Source: Phoronis australis (Eukaryota > Animalia > Phoronida). Taken from it: DNA of 64,000 bases. The notes beneath the pieces are model-generated. The model was not told where the DNA came from. It ran no database searches and was given only the letters and a program-made list of their open reading frames with translations. The stretch's first letter is position 1. Each line of letters begins with the position of its first letter. The position numbers were made by a program, and so were the translations under genes. Positions 52,401-64,000 of the stretch are shown here, piece after piece. Where the stretch lies: the NCBI GenBank assembly GCA_002633005.1, contig NMRA01000241.1, positions 56,006-120,005 of the forward strand, read 5' to 3'.

Positions 52401-54062
52401 GATTTTAAAAAGCTTCTAACACTGTTGTGAATGCCCACGGGATCTCAGAATTATGGTGTGACTGTAGCTATGTTACAGATCTTGAAAAGTGATGAAGCAT
52501 TTATTTAGCATGGCATAATATCTTTATGAAGAATATAAAAAAGTATAGTTTTGCTTGTTGGCCATATTATGCCCTAACTTGGTGTGATTTTCCTTGTTGA
52601 TATCCCTATAGCTGCTGGTTGGCATCAAATTACAAGTCTTCTTATCCTCATTCAAATGAACCAAAAGGCCGAATAATATGGGTTTACAGCGCAAATAGGA
52701 GTTATGATTGGTCACGTAATGCACTCGCTTCTCTCACTCCCGTAAAGTATTGGTTGTAAAGCTGTGCAAAGTTGAACATGCTCGAAATCATGTTGTCATG
52801 TGACGTGTTTGGGAGTTATACACACGCGCAATATTGATGTCCATTGTGGTGCATAGCTTTTTATTGACATTGTCATAATATTAGCACCTGTTCTGGTAAA
52901 TTATGCTCTGAAGTATTCTTTCTCAACCACAAGAATTATAGTCCCAGTGCAAAAGATGATTTAGAACAGTCTAATTTTGGTATGGTACTAAAGTTAATAC
53001 ACTCAAAAAGACTGGACTAGCGAGCATAAGTACAATGCAAAAGGTTTGTTCCGGACTATTTTGCGTTACCGTCCTAACTTGTCTTCCCACTTCACACGGT
53101 TGTGGAGTTCTTCTCATCAGGGTATCAGCCAGGATACTGAAATTGTCAGTTGAAAACCCGGAGATTTGCCACAGTTTGCGAGGCACGAACGTTGGTGAGT
53201 GTTGCCTTTACCGGAATGTTTTGTTTCATGATGCGGAACTTACTCGTTAGGGTTGTCTGACAACGTCCACTGAGATGCAGACGATAATTCTTGGGAGTGT
53301 GCAGTAACCCTAGTGTCTTGCTAAAAAGCAAGATTTTGGATGTTTTGTCGCCACATGTCTTCGATGGGACCTCATGATTTTGAATGAATTTCGAGTTAGT
53401 AACTGAACGCTCTCCATAAATATCATGTGACAAATCTCCAGCTTTGTCATTAATAACACGGACTCCCTAACTGAACTGCTGTTACTTCTTAATAAAGGAA
53501 AAAAATACGTTCAAAGGGAGTCTCCTGAAGATAAGGTTTAATGCTGGGATGTAAATAATCCGCCGCCATGCCCACAGTTGCAAATTTTGTCCTCCCAAAC
53601 CCCCCCTCTCAACCAGCCCCCCCCCCCCCTCTATTCAACATCTACCCGCCCACCAGGCGGGCACGCGGCTGCTGGGTAATACTCTGCTTTGCGCCATTTC
53701 ACACACACTCTCGTTGTTCCTGTCTCTGCCTACTCACTGCTCATGAACAATTTTAAAAAAGTTAAACATTCTCAAAATAAGAATAGAAGTGGTAATTGGT
53801 TGTCGGATCCCTATTGCCGTACAGCGTAGTGACATCTTGTGTTTAGTACGATGAAGCTTTTAGTTCGGATGGTGGTGGTGAGAAAAGCGACAATTTGGTA
53901 CTGTAGGTTATCACGCTGATCTAAAATAGTTATGTTCCCACCGCAAACTATTCCAGACCAACTCTACTGCGAAAGCAGCTTTAGTTTACACCTCCACCAC
54001 CACCTTCACCATCAGCAACAGTCCCATTCAGCATTGTATTGGGTTAATGTTGGTCTTCACTG

Positions 54063-55028
54063 CATAGGCGGATTTAGGGGGCCCGGGCTCCCCCCCCTTG
54101 GCTGCCGCAAAAAATAAAAAAGCAAGAACGTAAAGAAATGTTGAATTTATTAATTAACCCGGCCGGTAATTAACATTATACGGCAGAAACAAGATTTAAA
54201 TGTGTGCAGTTTTAATGTGTTTGGGGGGGGCTCAGATCCAATTTCAAGTGTCAAATTCGGATCGAAACTATGGCTAAGTATAGGCTCTCCCGCGGTATCC
54301 CAGGCGACCGGCAGTGGCGCTGCGCACTACAACTCCGTTTCCGTCGTCTGCTTCACTGTGAAATGAAGAAAATTACTTCATTTTTTAAAGAAAATGGAAT
54401 CTGAGTGACGATGAAAAAACAGAAGCTGCTGGTAAGATGTCAATTTTATTCGAAGCCTTAGTGAATCACTCAGAAACTCATAATTCTCTCTTTGTCACAC
54501 CTTAACTTAAGACGATTTCCAAAGCAATCGCGTCATTAATGCCAACACAAAAAACGGATTTGGTCCTTTGGGCAATTGAAGACTATTTTAAATACAACAA
54601 ATTTGTTATGAACTGATTGCACAAATATAAAAAGTGTAATAAGCATTACAAAAAGAAGTAGGTTTCGCACGAATGCTGTGGACCATAAACAACTAGATCT
54701 CTTATTATCAAGAACGTGAGTGAAGTCGTGGTGGTGCATTGGTAAAGCACGCGCGCACTAATCGTCAGATCGTGAGTTCGAGTCTGTGACCATTGCCATA
54801 TTTTTTTTTTCTTTTTCTTTGCCTTTTTTTCTTGGATAATACTTCAGGAATCAAGGAAAATGCTTGATTTTTAGAGGAAAAACAGAAACATTTTCCTGGG
54901 CGGGAGGGTGGCGGACCCCCCTCCTGACCTCCCCCCATTCGGTGCTATGCGCATCTAATCATGCTTTGCACAAATGTTTTCAGACAAAGTGTTGGGGCCC
55001 CCCTTGTGATATCCTAGATCCGCCACTG
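54063..55028. mobile_element. hAT-like non-autonomous element with an apparent 5-bp TSD
   Basis: cactg|CATAGGCGGATTTAGG ... CCTAGATCCGCCACTG|cactg. Confidence 0.7.
54725..54810 (+). pseudogene. tRNA-derived relic (SINE head or tRNA pseudogene) with poly-T
   Basis: A box TGGTGCATTGG with intact D stem GTGC/GCAC, B box GAGTTCGAGTC, 3' CCA then T10; anticodon and T stems broken. Confidence 0.6.
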
Positions 55029-57216
55029 CACTGAATACACATATTCCCTGGGTACCTACTGTTATGCTTATGAACCATTTCTTGTGTATTGAGTTATTAT
55101 AATTCAAAAGAGGATGATTACTTATAGATGCTCTCGTATTCCCCATTTGTTCATTTGTAAAGTTCTAGAGGTGTTCTTTAAAAGCTCATCAGCAGATGTC
55201 TTTGGACTGTTGATGCACATGGAGTCCACAGAGATAATAGCTTCTCTATGAAGGAATGCCAAACTCTTATACATAACAAACTGTTAATAGGTATTTGAGC
55301 TGAGACTCAAATGTGTGTGGCACAAACAATGTTGTCAGACAAGACAAGCAGATCCATCTAATCCAGTAAAGGTTTTTGGAAGAAATTGGGAATAGATGAT
55401 AGCTCACAGAGTCCAGGATGTTACCTAGCCAGCTTGCTAGCTGTATTAAAATGACAAAATAAAGCTTGCTACCATTGTGTGTTGAGCTACGTTAGACCCC
55501 GAAATTTCACACAGTCTGGGTAGTTCTGCTCGTTACTTCGTCGTGAAACATGTAGAGATAACGACCGGCGGAGGTGCAAGCAAAATCTGGGAGTCAAACG
55601 ACTCTCGCTTTGCAGCTGTGCAAGTGAAGAACAACTAATAAACATGTTCTTACCTTGTGAAAGTAAAGCTGAGGAAAGAGTGCGTTCCACTTCATGTTTA
55701 ATTCATAAAGACAATGAAAACACTTATAAAGTTCACATCCATTTATTTGGTTTTCTTACATACTGTTTGCTGAAAACCAAACAAAAGGGGTGTTGAATAG
55801 GTATTAGACTTCTAAATAGATTATTCTCCAGCTTTGGCCTGTCAACCTATTCCTGTTATTTTCCTGCCCTAATGCACATTTTGCAACATTTTTAAAAGCC
55901 AGCAGAGCTTGAAGTGAAGTAAGCCAAGGTCAAACAAAAGTTCCTTTAATGAAATTAATTGAATTAACAGTGAGCAAAATACATGATTATATTGGTCTGT
56001 TGTTGGTGCTTTGGTCACTTATGACTGCATTTGCATCATTATTTAACTCGTAGATCAAAAGGTATTTTGTATCATTTAGCCTGTTTTATATCAAATTGGG
56101 CTTTGTATCAATTAAGCGTGAGAATCTCCATCATTTTTAGTGACACCCTGATCAAAGGTTGTTTTTTAACTGTTACAAATCTGAAAGTTTTGTGTACTTC
56201 TTAGCTGACATGTGTTCCAAAGCTCAAGGATGTGTGTGGTAGATAGTCATGATAGATGATCCTAAATGGACTGCTAGAGATATGCCTTATCTTTATTTTG
56301 CTCCAGAATACCTTGCACAAGTGCTGGCATTTATAATGCGCCTGCTAATTGCTGATGGTTCTGTGTCAGCTCATGAATTTATGTCTGATATTATGATAGT
56401 CTTTGGATAATATCTGGGAGGGGTTTAAGTCTCCTCTTACACATAGAGGTATAGAAAAATGCAGTGGCACCTTTTCCCAGGAAAAGGCACTGCATGATTG
56501 ACCTAGTTTTTGGAATGTAGAGCCACAGCCGGGGCTAGTGGAAACATTCCTTTAGGGTGTTGGACACAAATTTAATCTATCCCTGGATTTTTAAAAACTT
56601 TTTATGGTTTGCTCTTTGGTCTTTGCCAACTAATAACCTGGAATAGAATTGGGGAGGGGGGGGGGGCATCAAGTTATTTTTTATAATGCAGCCACCTAAA
56701 CAGAGGTGCCTCTGGCAGAACTGCTTGAAATTGCTTTGAAAATGGATTAATTTTGTTGCACAATGTCAGTTTCATGTTTTACAGCTTCAAGTAAATTTCC
56801 CTGTGTATTGGTTTTTTTACTTAGGCATAAAAATAATTTCTAGTTTTTTGAGTACCTCAAAATTTGATTTCTACAAAAAATTACCTATTAGTGTTATCTT
56901 GTTTTATTTTGATACCTCGTATGTTTTGTTTGAAACAAGGGGGTCACTGACTGGTGTCTACAAGTGATGCATAGTAGGCAACATTCAAAAAGGACATCTG
57001 AATTGAAGAACCAGTGTTATTGTTTAGTAGTGATGTACCTGCCTCTGTTTTGATGTGATTTGGACTCACAACTAGGACTAGAAATGCACTGTCGCATCAC
57101 ATTTTCCAAATTTTTGTGTGTTTTGAATGTTTTCCTATTTAGCACTTAATTTTTTTATAAAATGTGGTTGTTTGGATTATTCTGTATTCTCCGACAACGA
57201 TTACACCCACTGTAAG

Positions 57217-57426
57217 CTCTCGGGGAGTTGAGATGGAGTAAGACAGACCACCTCCATGCTCTCGGGGAGTTGAGATGGAGTAAGACAGACCACCTCCATG
57301 CTCTCAGGGAGTTGAGATGGAGTAAGACAGACCACCTCCATGCTCTCGGGGAGTTGAGATGGAGTAAGACAGACCACCTCCATGCTCTCGGGGAGTTGAG
57401 ATGGAGTAAGACAGACCACCTCCATG
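57217..57426. repeat. 42-bp tandem repeat, 5 near-identical copies
   Basis: ctctcggggagttgagatggagtaagacagaccacctccatg five times, one substitution in unit 3. Confidence 0.95.
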
Positions 57427-60081
57427 ACCATGTCATAATTTTCCTTTGTAACTTACAGCGATATGTTCAAAACGTAATAATGATGTCATACTAAAGCGAA
57501 TAGTTTAGTATCTCGTCTTTATGATGTTAATGTTTCGTGCTATTACTTAATGCAGTGACAAAAACTCAAAGCAAAATCAAATTTTTCAATTTGAATAAGC
57601 TGTTAATTTAAATAAAATGTAATATTCAAATGTTTAGCAGTCAGTGTTGTAAAACATCTACTTTTTTAGCCTTTTGGCAAACTTTGCAGATCTCCTAATA
57701 ATTGAGATAAAATGTCCTAAATGTGTTCACACTGAACTGGATGAGCTTACTGACAGAGGGAGGAGTAAGACTACAGCAGTTGAAAGTGTTCATCATTCAG
57801 ATGAATTTTGATCATAACCCATAGTGACCGTTTGAGTGCTGCTTGGGAAATAGGATTTTCTGCGCTCTGTACACAATACATTTTAAGGAATTGATTATTG
57901 ATTCAAATCTGTTAAGGTTTCTATAAAAAAGTTATGCTATGTCTAAAAAAACATTCCAATAACCCACGAATGGATCAGTGACTTTCTTGTAAGTCTTACT
58001 CTGATGGATTCACATCGACTTCGGACACTAGAATGATTTTTGCAGTGGTTGCTTACAAATCCCATGTTTTGAAAAGGAGTGAATTTACAACTGACTGCAG
58101 CGAATTTAGTCTAGCAGTGAATGATTGTTGACACCAGAGTTATGACACTTCAGGATGGTACTTCAGTCGAGGATGTTATGTCATGGCAGGTGAGGAATGA
58201 TTATCATGCTTTATTCAGTCCCTGAATTTTTTATGCCTGTATTACAAATTACTGTGCAACAGTTTGACTTTATTGGCTTCAGAATAATGAATGGGAAACT
58301 AATTTTGATAAGACTAGTGATTAGCTTGGCAGTTGTAGTTTCTTATCGACACACAGCATTGTGGGTAAATACTGGAGTGCCTTATTGACATATAGCATTG
58401 TGGGTAACTACTGGAGAATCTCAGAGAGAGAAGTGTCTGTTACCCTCCAGCACTGCTCCTCTGTTGTGTTAAACTGTTATGGTGAATGTAGACACTGTAT
58501 TAAATCCCTTTCTATTCATTTGTACTTATTTCTTACTCACCTAGAATGTTCACCCATGGGACATTCTACTGTATTTCATTCTGCTTAGAATAGAGTATTA
58601 CAATTTCTTTTGAAGATATATTGTCCTTGCAGACCTTTTCTTGAATTAGTACATTTCTGTGAACTGGTTGCCTAATTTTATGTGTTTTAAAGTGCTATCC
58701 ACCAGTTTATTAAATAATAAAAAAGCCTGTGCAAATGTCATCGTACTATCAAAAGTATGCTGATAAGTTTATAGTTCTAGATTATTGCAGACATTTCACT
58801 GCAGGCAGTGTTGTAACCATTCATATACTGAAGACAGTGAACTCAGAAAATACATTAGTGGCAAATAGCTTAATGGCCTTAAACCTGACACGTCCACCAT
58901 ATAATATTGTATTTAACATAGCAAATGGTACATTACAGTAATTTTTATGTGCTCAGTGAGAACTGCACCACTGAACTTGTATATAGTGGCTGAAGTGCTT
59001 ACAGTTTTTCAGTTTTGAAAACACTAGCAAATAACAGACAGACTGGGCTGTCCACAAAGGGGGCAATACTTGCTGGTAGTTCATTTATTTTCTCACCACC
59101 CAGTATCACTTTTAATGTCCACAGAAGGGCAATATTCCCTGGTAGTTTGTTTATTTTCTCACCACTCTATATCACTTCTAAAGTGAGAATTGATGTTAAA
59201 CCATCAGAATTGATATTTTAATAAACATATTCATACAATGAACGATAACAAAGGCATTCTTTTTCTGTGCGCCTTCCCTCTTTGAAATTAAGTGGCATGG
59301 TTTCTAATGTGCTAACGAAAACACCATCAATTTTGGTGTAACCCAAACCACCAGTGAAAGTGACCCTTGCAACTCTTCACATTACAGGCAGTTTTGCTGT
59401 TAGTTTTAACTATAAAAAGTTCCAGCGAAAATACTTGTTTTTTAGCCAGTGTGTTTGGGGTATTTGCCTGCGTCTTAGTTAAAGTGGAACTTGCAGTGTA
59501 ATTCCTTATGTCTGTGATTGCTTGGTCAAATTAGTTACAAACACAAGATAACGGGACGATGTTAATATGAAGTACGTTGAAAATTGCAAAATGTTTTTGA
59601 GAACTCGTTATATGTTAAAAATGATATGCCATAAATCACTCAACCATGTCCAATAAGTATTTTGATGTGGTGTCAGGGAATAACACTGCATGATGAGGTC
59701 TATGTGAGTCCCTAAGGAACGTCATTAGTTCAAAGGTCACCTATTTGCAGAATTTTTGTTTTCATATTTACATGTTGTCATTGAATACAACTGCACTTTG
59801 TTTAGCATAGATGATGTTGAAATGGCATTATTGTTTAGTTCCTGCTATATGTTAACGTAGTTAGGAGCCTGCATATACATCTTTAAAGTTTCATTGCCGT
59901 TTAGTTCCTGCTATACATTAGCATAGTTAGGAGCATGCAAATACATCTTTAACGCCCATGTTGAACTGAACACAAACTCAAAAAATTTCAAATTTAATTT
60001 TCAAATACCTAAGCTCGGCTGAATGCCCACTCACTAGTATGCTTGTGTGTCTCTCAAGAATTATAGTTCCCTAAAGCATTA

Positions 60082-61421
60082 CCGTATTCGCCCCAAGAAG
60101 CACCCAGGGCACTTAGAAAAATTCGCTTCAGGAAGGGAGGGCGCTTATTATAACTCAAAAGTGGTTGAAACATGTCTCCGAAACAGGTGAAATTGTAAGC
60201 TAGAATTCATCTAATTTATGCTCTGTAACTCATCTGTAACCTATGAGAGAATTTCTACAAAATTGCAGTGCATTGCTATCAAACTTTGTTGTTAAATTAT
60301 GAGCATTTTTCAGAAAATCTCAGTGCGAAAACTTGCCGACTGATGCGTCGCTGCCTCGCGATTGCCGATAGGTCAACTTGAATTCTTGAGTAAAAACATA
60401 GTTTCAATTCAACAAATTACTTGAAGTTCTCCTGAAGTTTTCTAAATAGCGTCCTTAAGATTTTGAAGTTCCTGTGCAGTCGGGATTAAGAGCATATTAA
60501 GTGCAAATCTGCGCTACATCGTACTCCGCAATGCGAGAAAAATCTCTGGACGAACACACATGTTGTTGTCACACGATGTTTGTTTTGAAGTTCGTCCGCG
60601 TATTGTGTGAGTGAGCGAGCGCGCGTGTGTCATCAGAGTTCAATTGCCAGAGTAAACGCGATGTAACGATCTAGGTGTGCATTTTAACTAAGAAAATTTA
60701 ACACAAGCTGTAAAACAGAACGTGTTGATCTCGTCTGCTAAAAAACGTTTGAAAATTGTTTCGGTAAGGCCGATGTCATTGAGTCACCAGGTGATTGGAT
60801 GCGTGACAGCTATTCTAACAGTCATTTTTCAGGAAATTGGGGGTGTAAGGGTGCGGAAGTGTTCACTATAGTTGGTCATTTTGACTTTAAAAACACCAAT
60901 TACGACTAATTTAATAATTTCCCCTTAAAAATAACGCAAACGTTTTTTACGGTAATTAGAAACTCTCGGAAATATGTGCCAGTATTTATTTCTTGCAGAT
61001 GCTATGCTACTCGTTTCACGAATACATAGTTCCCGAAGACTAATGTTCGATAACAGGTACTTGAATGTAGCGCGCGCTTCCTGGCCACGTGCTTTAAACC
61101 GAACAAAGGTCAAGTTTTTATTAATCTTCGATTCGCGCTTGCGTTTTTTTTGAAGCGCGACAGAAGTTTGAAGTGTATAGTCACGGCTCAATACCGACAT
61201 AGCGGTGATGCTCGTGGTCTACAAATTCTGCACACAATGATATTTTTAGGACTGACGGATCTTATTGATAAATTGAAGATGTTACTGTAGAATTTTAGAC
61301 CTGTTGGTAAAGCATTTTTCGCATGTACACGTCGTTCATGGACTGGGCACTTATTTTAGCAAAGTCTGAAAATGCGTGGGGGCGCTTATAGAAGCATGGG
61401 CGCTTATTAGGGCGAATACGG
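60082..61421 (+). mobile_element. Non-autonomous pogo/Tc1-mariner-type element, copy B
   Basis: TA|CCGTATTCGCCC ... GGGCGAATACGG; same family and orientation as 27270-28748. Confidence 0.88.
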
Positions 61422-62441
61422 TTTGTTACCTTTGGGCAATGAACAGTGGGTTTAAAGCATCACCTTGCCATATTCAGGCAGAGATTAATATCCTGTTTTT
61501 ATTGAAGGAGACATGAAATGTTTGTTTTGGCTCATGCACATTCTGTTATTATGTACTTTTGTGCAAACAGTTGTGAAGACATTTCCGTGACTGAAGTGAT
61601 CATTTTGATATACACCCGTATCTGACTTCCTTAAAATTTTGTTTTTCTGTGCCCAAGTACGGCTTAATACCCACCCCTTAATTTTTTAATTTCCCTGTTT
61701 AAGTGAAGTGTTCATTTAAGTTGCTGGACCTGAGTTTGGCGTATAAGACGGTTTAAGTTCAAGTTAAATTTTGCATTTTATATATCAGTATGAATCATGA
61801 TTTTTGATCTGGGTGTAAAAAATGCCTAAAACCATATGTCCTAATGCACTCTTGAAGTATTGTGAATCAAATGCCAATGACCTCATTGTGTTTGTGGACG
61901 AATACAAAACTTTGTGAAAATTTGTGTCTTGGAAAACGAGGAATCACTAACTTTAACTGAGATGAGTGCAGTGTGTGTAACCTGTACTACATTGATAATG
62001 AGCTCTGTGCTCTGTGTTTTTGTTGGGTATAACTTTTTGTTCACTCAGATTGTCATATCATATTTCCATCCTGTGACTTTCAGTCCGTGCTGTATGTGAA
62101 CTATAGGACTCGCTGTCCAACAAAAAGTGACAGATTTAGTTTGTGGAAAGTAAAAATAACTATCCTTTTGCTGTAAGAGCGTGTCAAATGTGTAAAATTC
62201 TCACCTGTTAAACAGCGTGTTTTATCAATTGTTTTTGCCAAGTGTGCAAATGTGACGCTAGGTAACAGTAGCCATGTTTGTTCACAGTGGCACCACCCAT
62301 CAGTCAGATGATATGCTTCTCTGTCATTTAATACATCTGACTTATTACAAACCTGCTCATTATAACTGTTGGTACAAGGGTACATTTCATAACACACATA
62401 TTATTGCTTACGCTATCCTAATCCTCTGTTTTCCATTTTAG

Positions 62442-62473
62442 GGGTTTTGGAAAACAGGGATTCCAGTGCCAAG
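62442..62473 (+). CDS. PRKCA: Conventional protein kinase C (alpha/beta/gamma-type) exon 2, C1A domain segment (W)GFGKQGFQCQ(V)
   Basis: ctctgttttccattttag|GGGTTTTGGAAAACAGGGATTCCAGTGCCAAG|gtaaga; 32 nt, phase 2 to 1. Peptide and exon size match exon 2 of vertebrate conventional PKCs. Symbol indicates the family, not a resolved paralog. Confidence 0.9.
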
Positions 62474-62785
62474 GTAAGAAACTTGTTTTAGTTAGTTATT
62501 AAGAATCAATTCCATGTGAAAGTCAGGCAACATGGTATAAACTGGTACCATGACATGCCATGCGTTCATCTGTCTTTCAAAGTTGCTATTTTACTTCAGA
62601 AGGCGAAGTTTGACATCGCTGTCATTGTTCACTCAACTGAAACTGGTAAAATTGTAGAATTGCAGTAAACTCAACCAATATATGCTTGGCTTTTGACTTT
62701 CTGTATCAGTACTCACTGACAGAATGATCTTATATTTTTGGACAGTGTTTTAAATAACTTAAATTGTTCACATCTAATAACTTAA

Positions 62786-64000
62786 AGGAGAATGACACCC
62801 GATTTAATTAGTCTTTTTTGCCGTCTTAATCGATCTATATCCACATCGCCTCACATACGGTCGACCTTACCTTGCCAAGAGGTGTCTCGTTAGCCTGTGA
62901 GGAAGGTGAGAAACAACACTAGCAACGTCAGTGGTTCATATGCAGAGTGAATGCCGCTATGTTGCGATGCATCGTTCCCGCTTGTANGCTCGAAATTTTA
63001 TTCTTGATTGACGAGTGGCACATGGCCGCTTAACCCCGATTCTTGTCTTGGGCCTACGTCTTTGCCGAGCACGTTTGGCGCAAGGGCAAGTGAGCAATGC
63101 CGGGCAGTCGAGATAAAAAAGCAAGCCACAGAACCATACGCTGAAAATGTCATTGAGTCACGGAGTGTTGACTATAAACATCCCAAACACAAAAAGCATC
63201 TGAATTAAGGTTTTCAAACTTTTATTACAACCAATTTTAAAACTGCTCTCTGACTATGAACTTGGCAGCTAGTACGAGACTGTAACCATAAATCTGATGT
63301 CTGCTGTGACCTCTGCAACACGTGAAGCCTGCACGCACGCACTTTAGCAAGATGAATTAGTTGCAATCCAAGTAGAGGCTGCGTGGTCACTGGTCGTCTG
63401 CGCTCTACACTACAGGGCTAAATAACAAGACCGCAGGACGGCACTCAGCAATTCTGTAAATTTAATAGTGAATAACTAATCTGAGGGCATGATAACCTTT
63501 GTTAGGATCATCCGCTGTTATGACATTTTTCCCGTCATGTGGCGACGTGACGATAACGCTCTTTGAAAAGGGCTAGGCGTTCCGAGTTGGCCTACGACTA
63601 CGTGTGTGGTGTGGGTACTTAGATCACGAGGTAAGATTAACCGCCCAGGGCGCTTGCCTGTCGTAATAAGCGGCCATGTTCGGTTAACCGCCCACCCTGC
63701 ATTTTTTGAAGTTTCACGTTTAAGCGCCCATATCTGGTTAACCGCCACCCCCGATTTTTTGGGTTTGCCAATTTAACCGCCCAGGGCGTTAACCCGAACG
63801 TTTACGGTACATCAAAGTTTGGTGATTTATTGGTGTTAAACGATGACTTCAAGCGATAAGCTGACACCAGTGAACTGCTGAACAGACTGCGTGTGAAACC
63901 GATGACGTCATTGGATAATTTCAACACCTCGGTCTGCCGTCAGGTGTCAGGTAACACAACCGTACGTGTCGTTATGGAGTAGAACTACTCGATGTAAATT
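62786..64000 (+). mobile_element. Kolobok-type element, copy B, inverted relative to copy A, interrupted and running off the window
   Basis: TTAA|AGGAGAATGACA; 62786-62985 is the reverse complement of about 43250-43443 and 63810-64000 of about 41660-41875; N at 62987. Confidence 0.85.
62988..63807. mobile_element. CCGTA-type (pogo-like) element inserted in Kolobok copy B
   Basis: Right terminus cgaacgtttacgg|ta with repeated taaccgccca motifs; left end hidden by the N gap. Confidence 0.6.

Noticed and set aside
54725-54799. Functional tRNA gene
   Set aside because: Anticodon, T and acceptor stems are mismatched; kept only as a relic
57217-57426. CRISPR-like array or repeat protein (ORFs 57155..57436, 57201..57431, 57228..57494)
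   Set aside because: Units are contiguous with no unique spacers and no cas genes; ORFs are open only because 42 is a multiple of 3

Overview
AT-rich, intron- and transposon-rich animal genomic DNA, probably a marine invertebrate (inferred from repeat types; species not determinable). It is not prokaryotic and has no CRISPR array. Two host genes are supported. (1) A complete 7-exon minus-strand gene (CDS 12008->3515, 303 aa, all GT-AG junctions phase-compatible) encoding a divergent MSP-domain (VAP/MOSPD-like) protein with an acidic linker, one transmembrane helix and a Cys-containing C-terminal tail. The ORF track shows only two of its exons. (2) A 32-nt plus-strand exon (62442-62473, W-GFGKQGFQCQ) matching exon 2 of a conventional protein kinase C; I could not find exon 1, so most of 15-62 kb is probably one very large first intron. 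The rest is mostly non-autonomous DNA transposons with readable TIRs/TSDs (Kolobok TTAA, Harbinger 3-bp, pogo/Tc1 TA, hAT 8-bp, and three hAT-like elements with 5-bp TSDs), frameshifted THAP relics, LINE 3' ends, DINE-1/Helentron-like elements, minisatellites, a tRNA-like relic and an unidentified decayed ORF. Assembly gaps (N) lie at 14988, 21272-21287 and 62987. I found no clearly novel system; the best candidates for undescribed biology are the MSP-domain protein and the unidentified decayed ORF.
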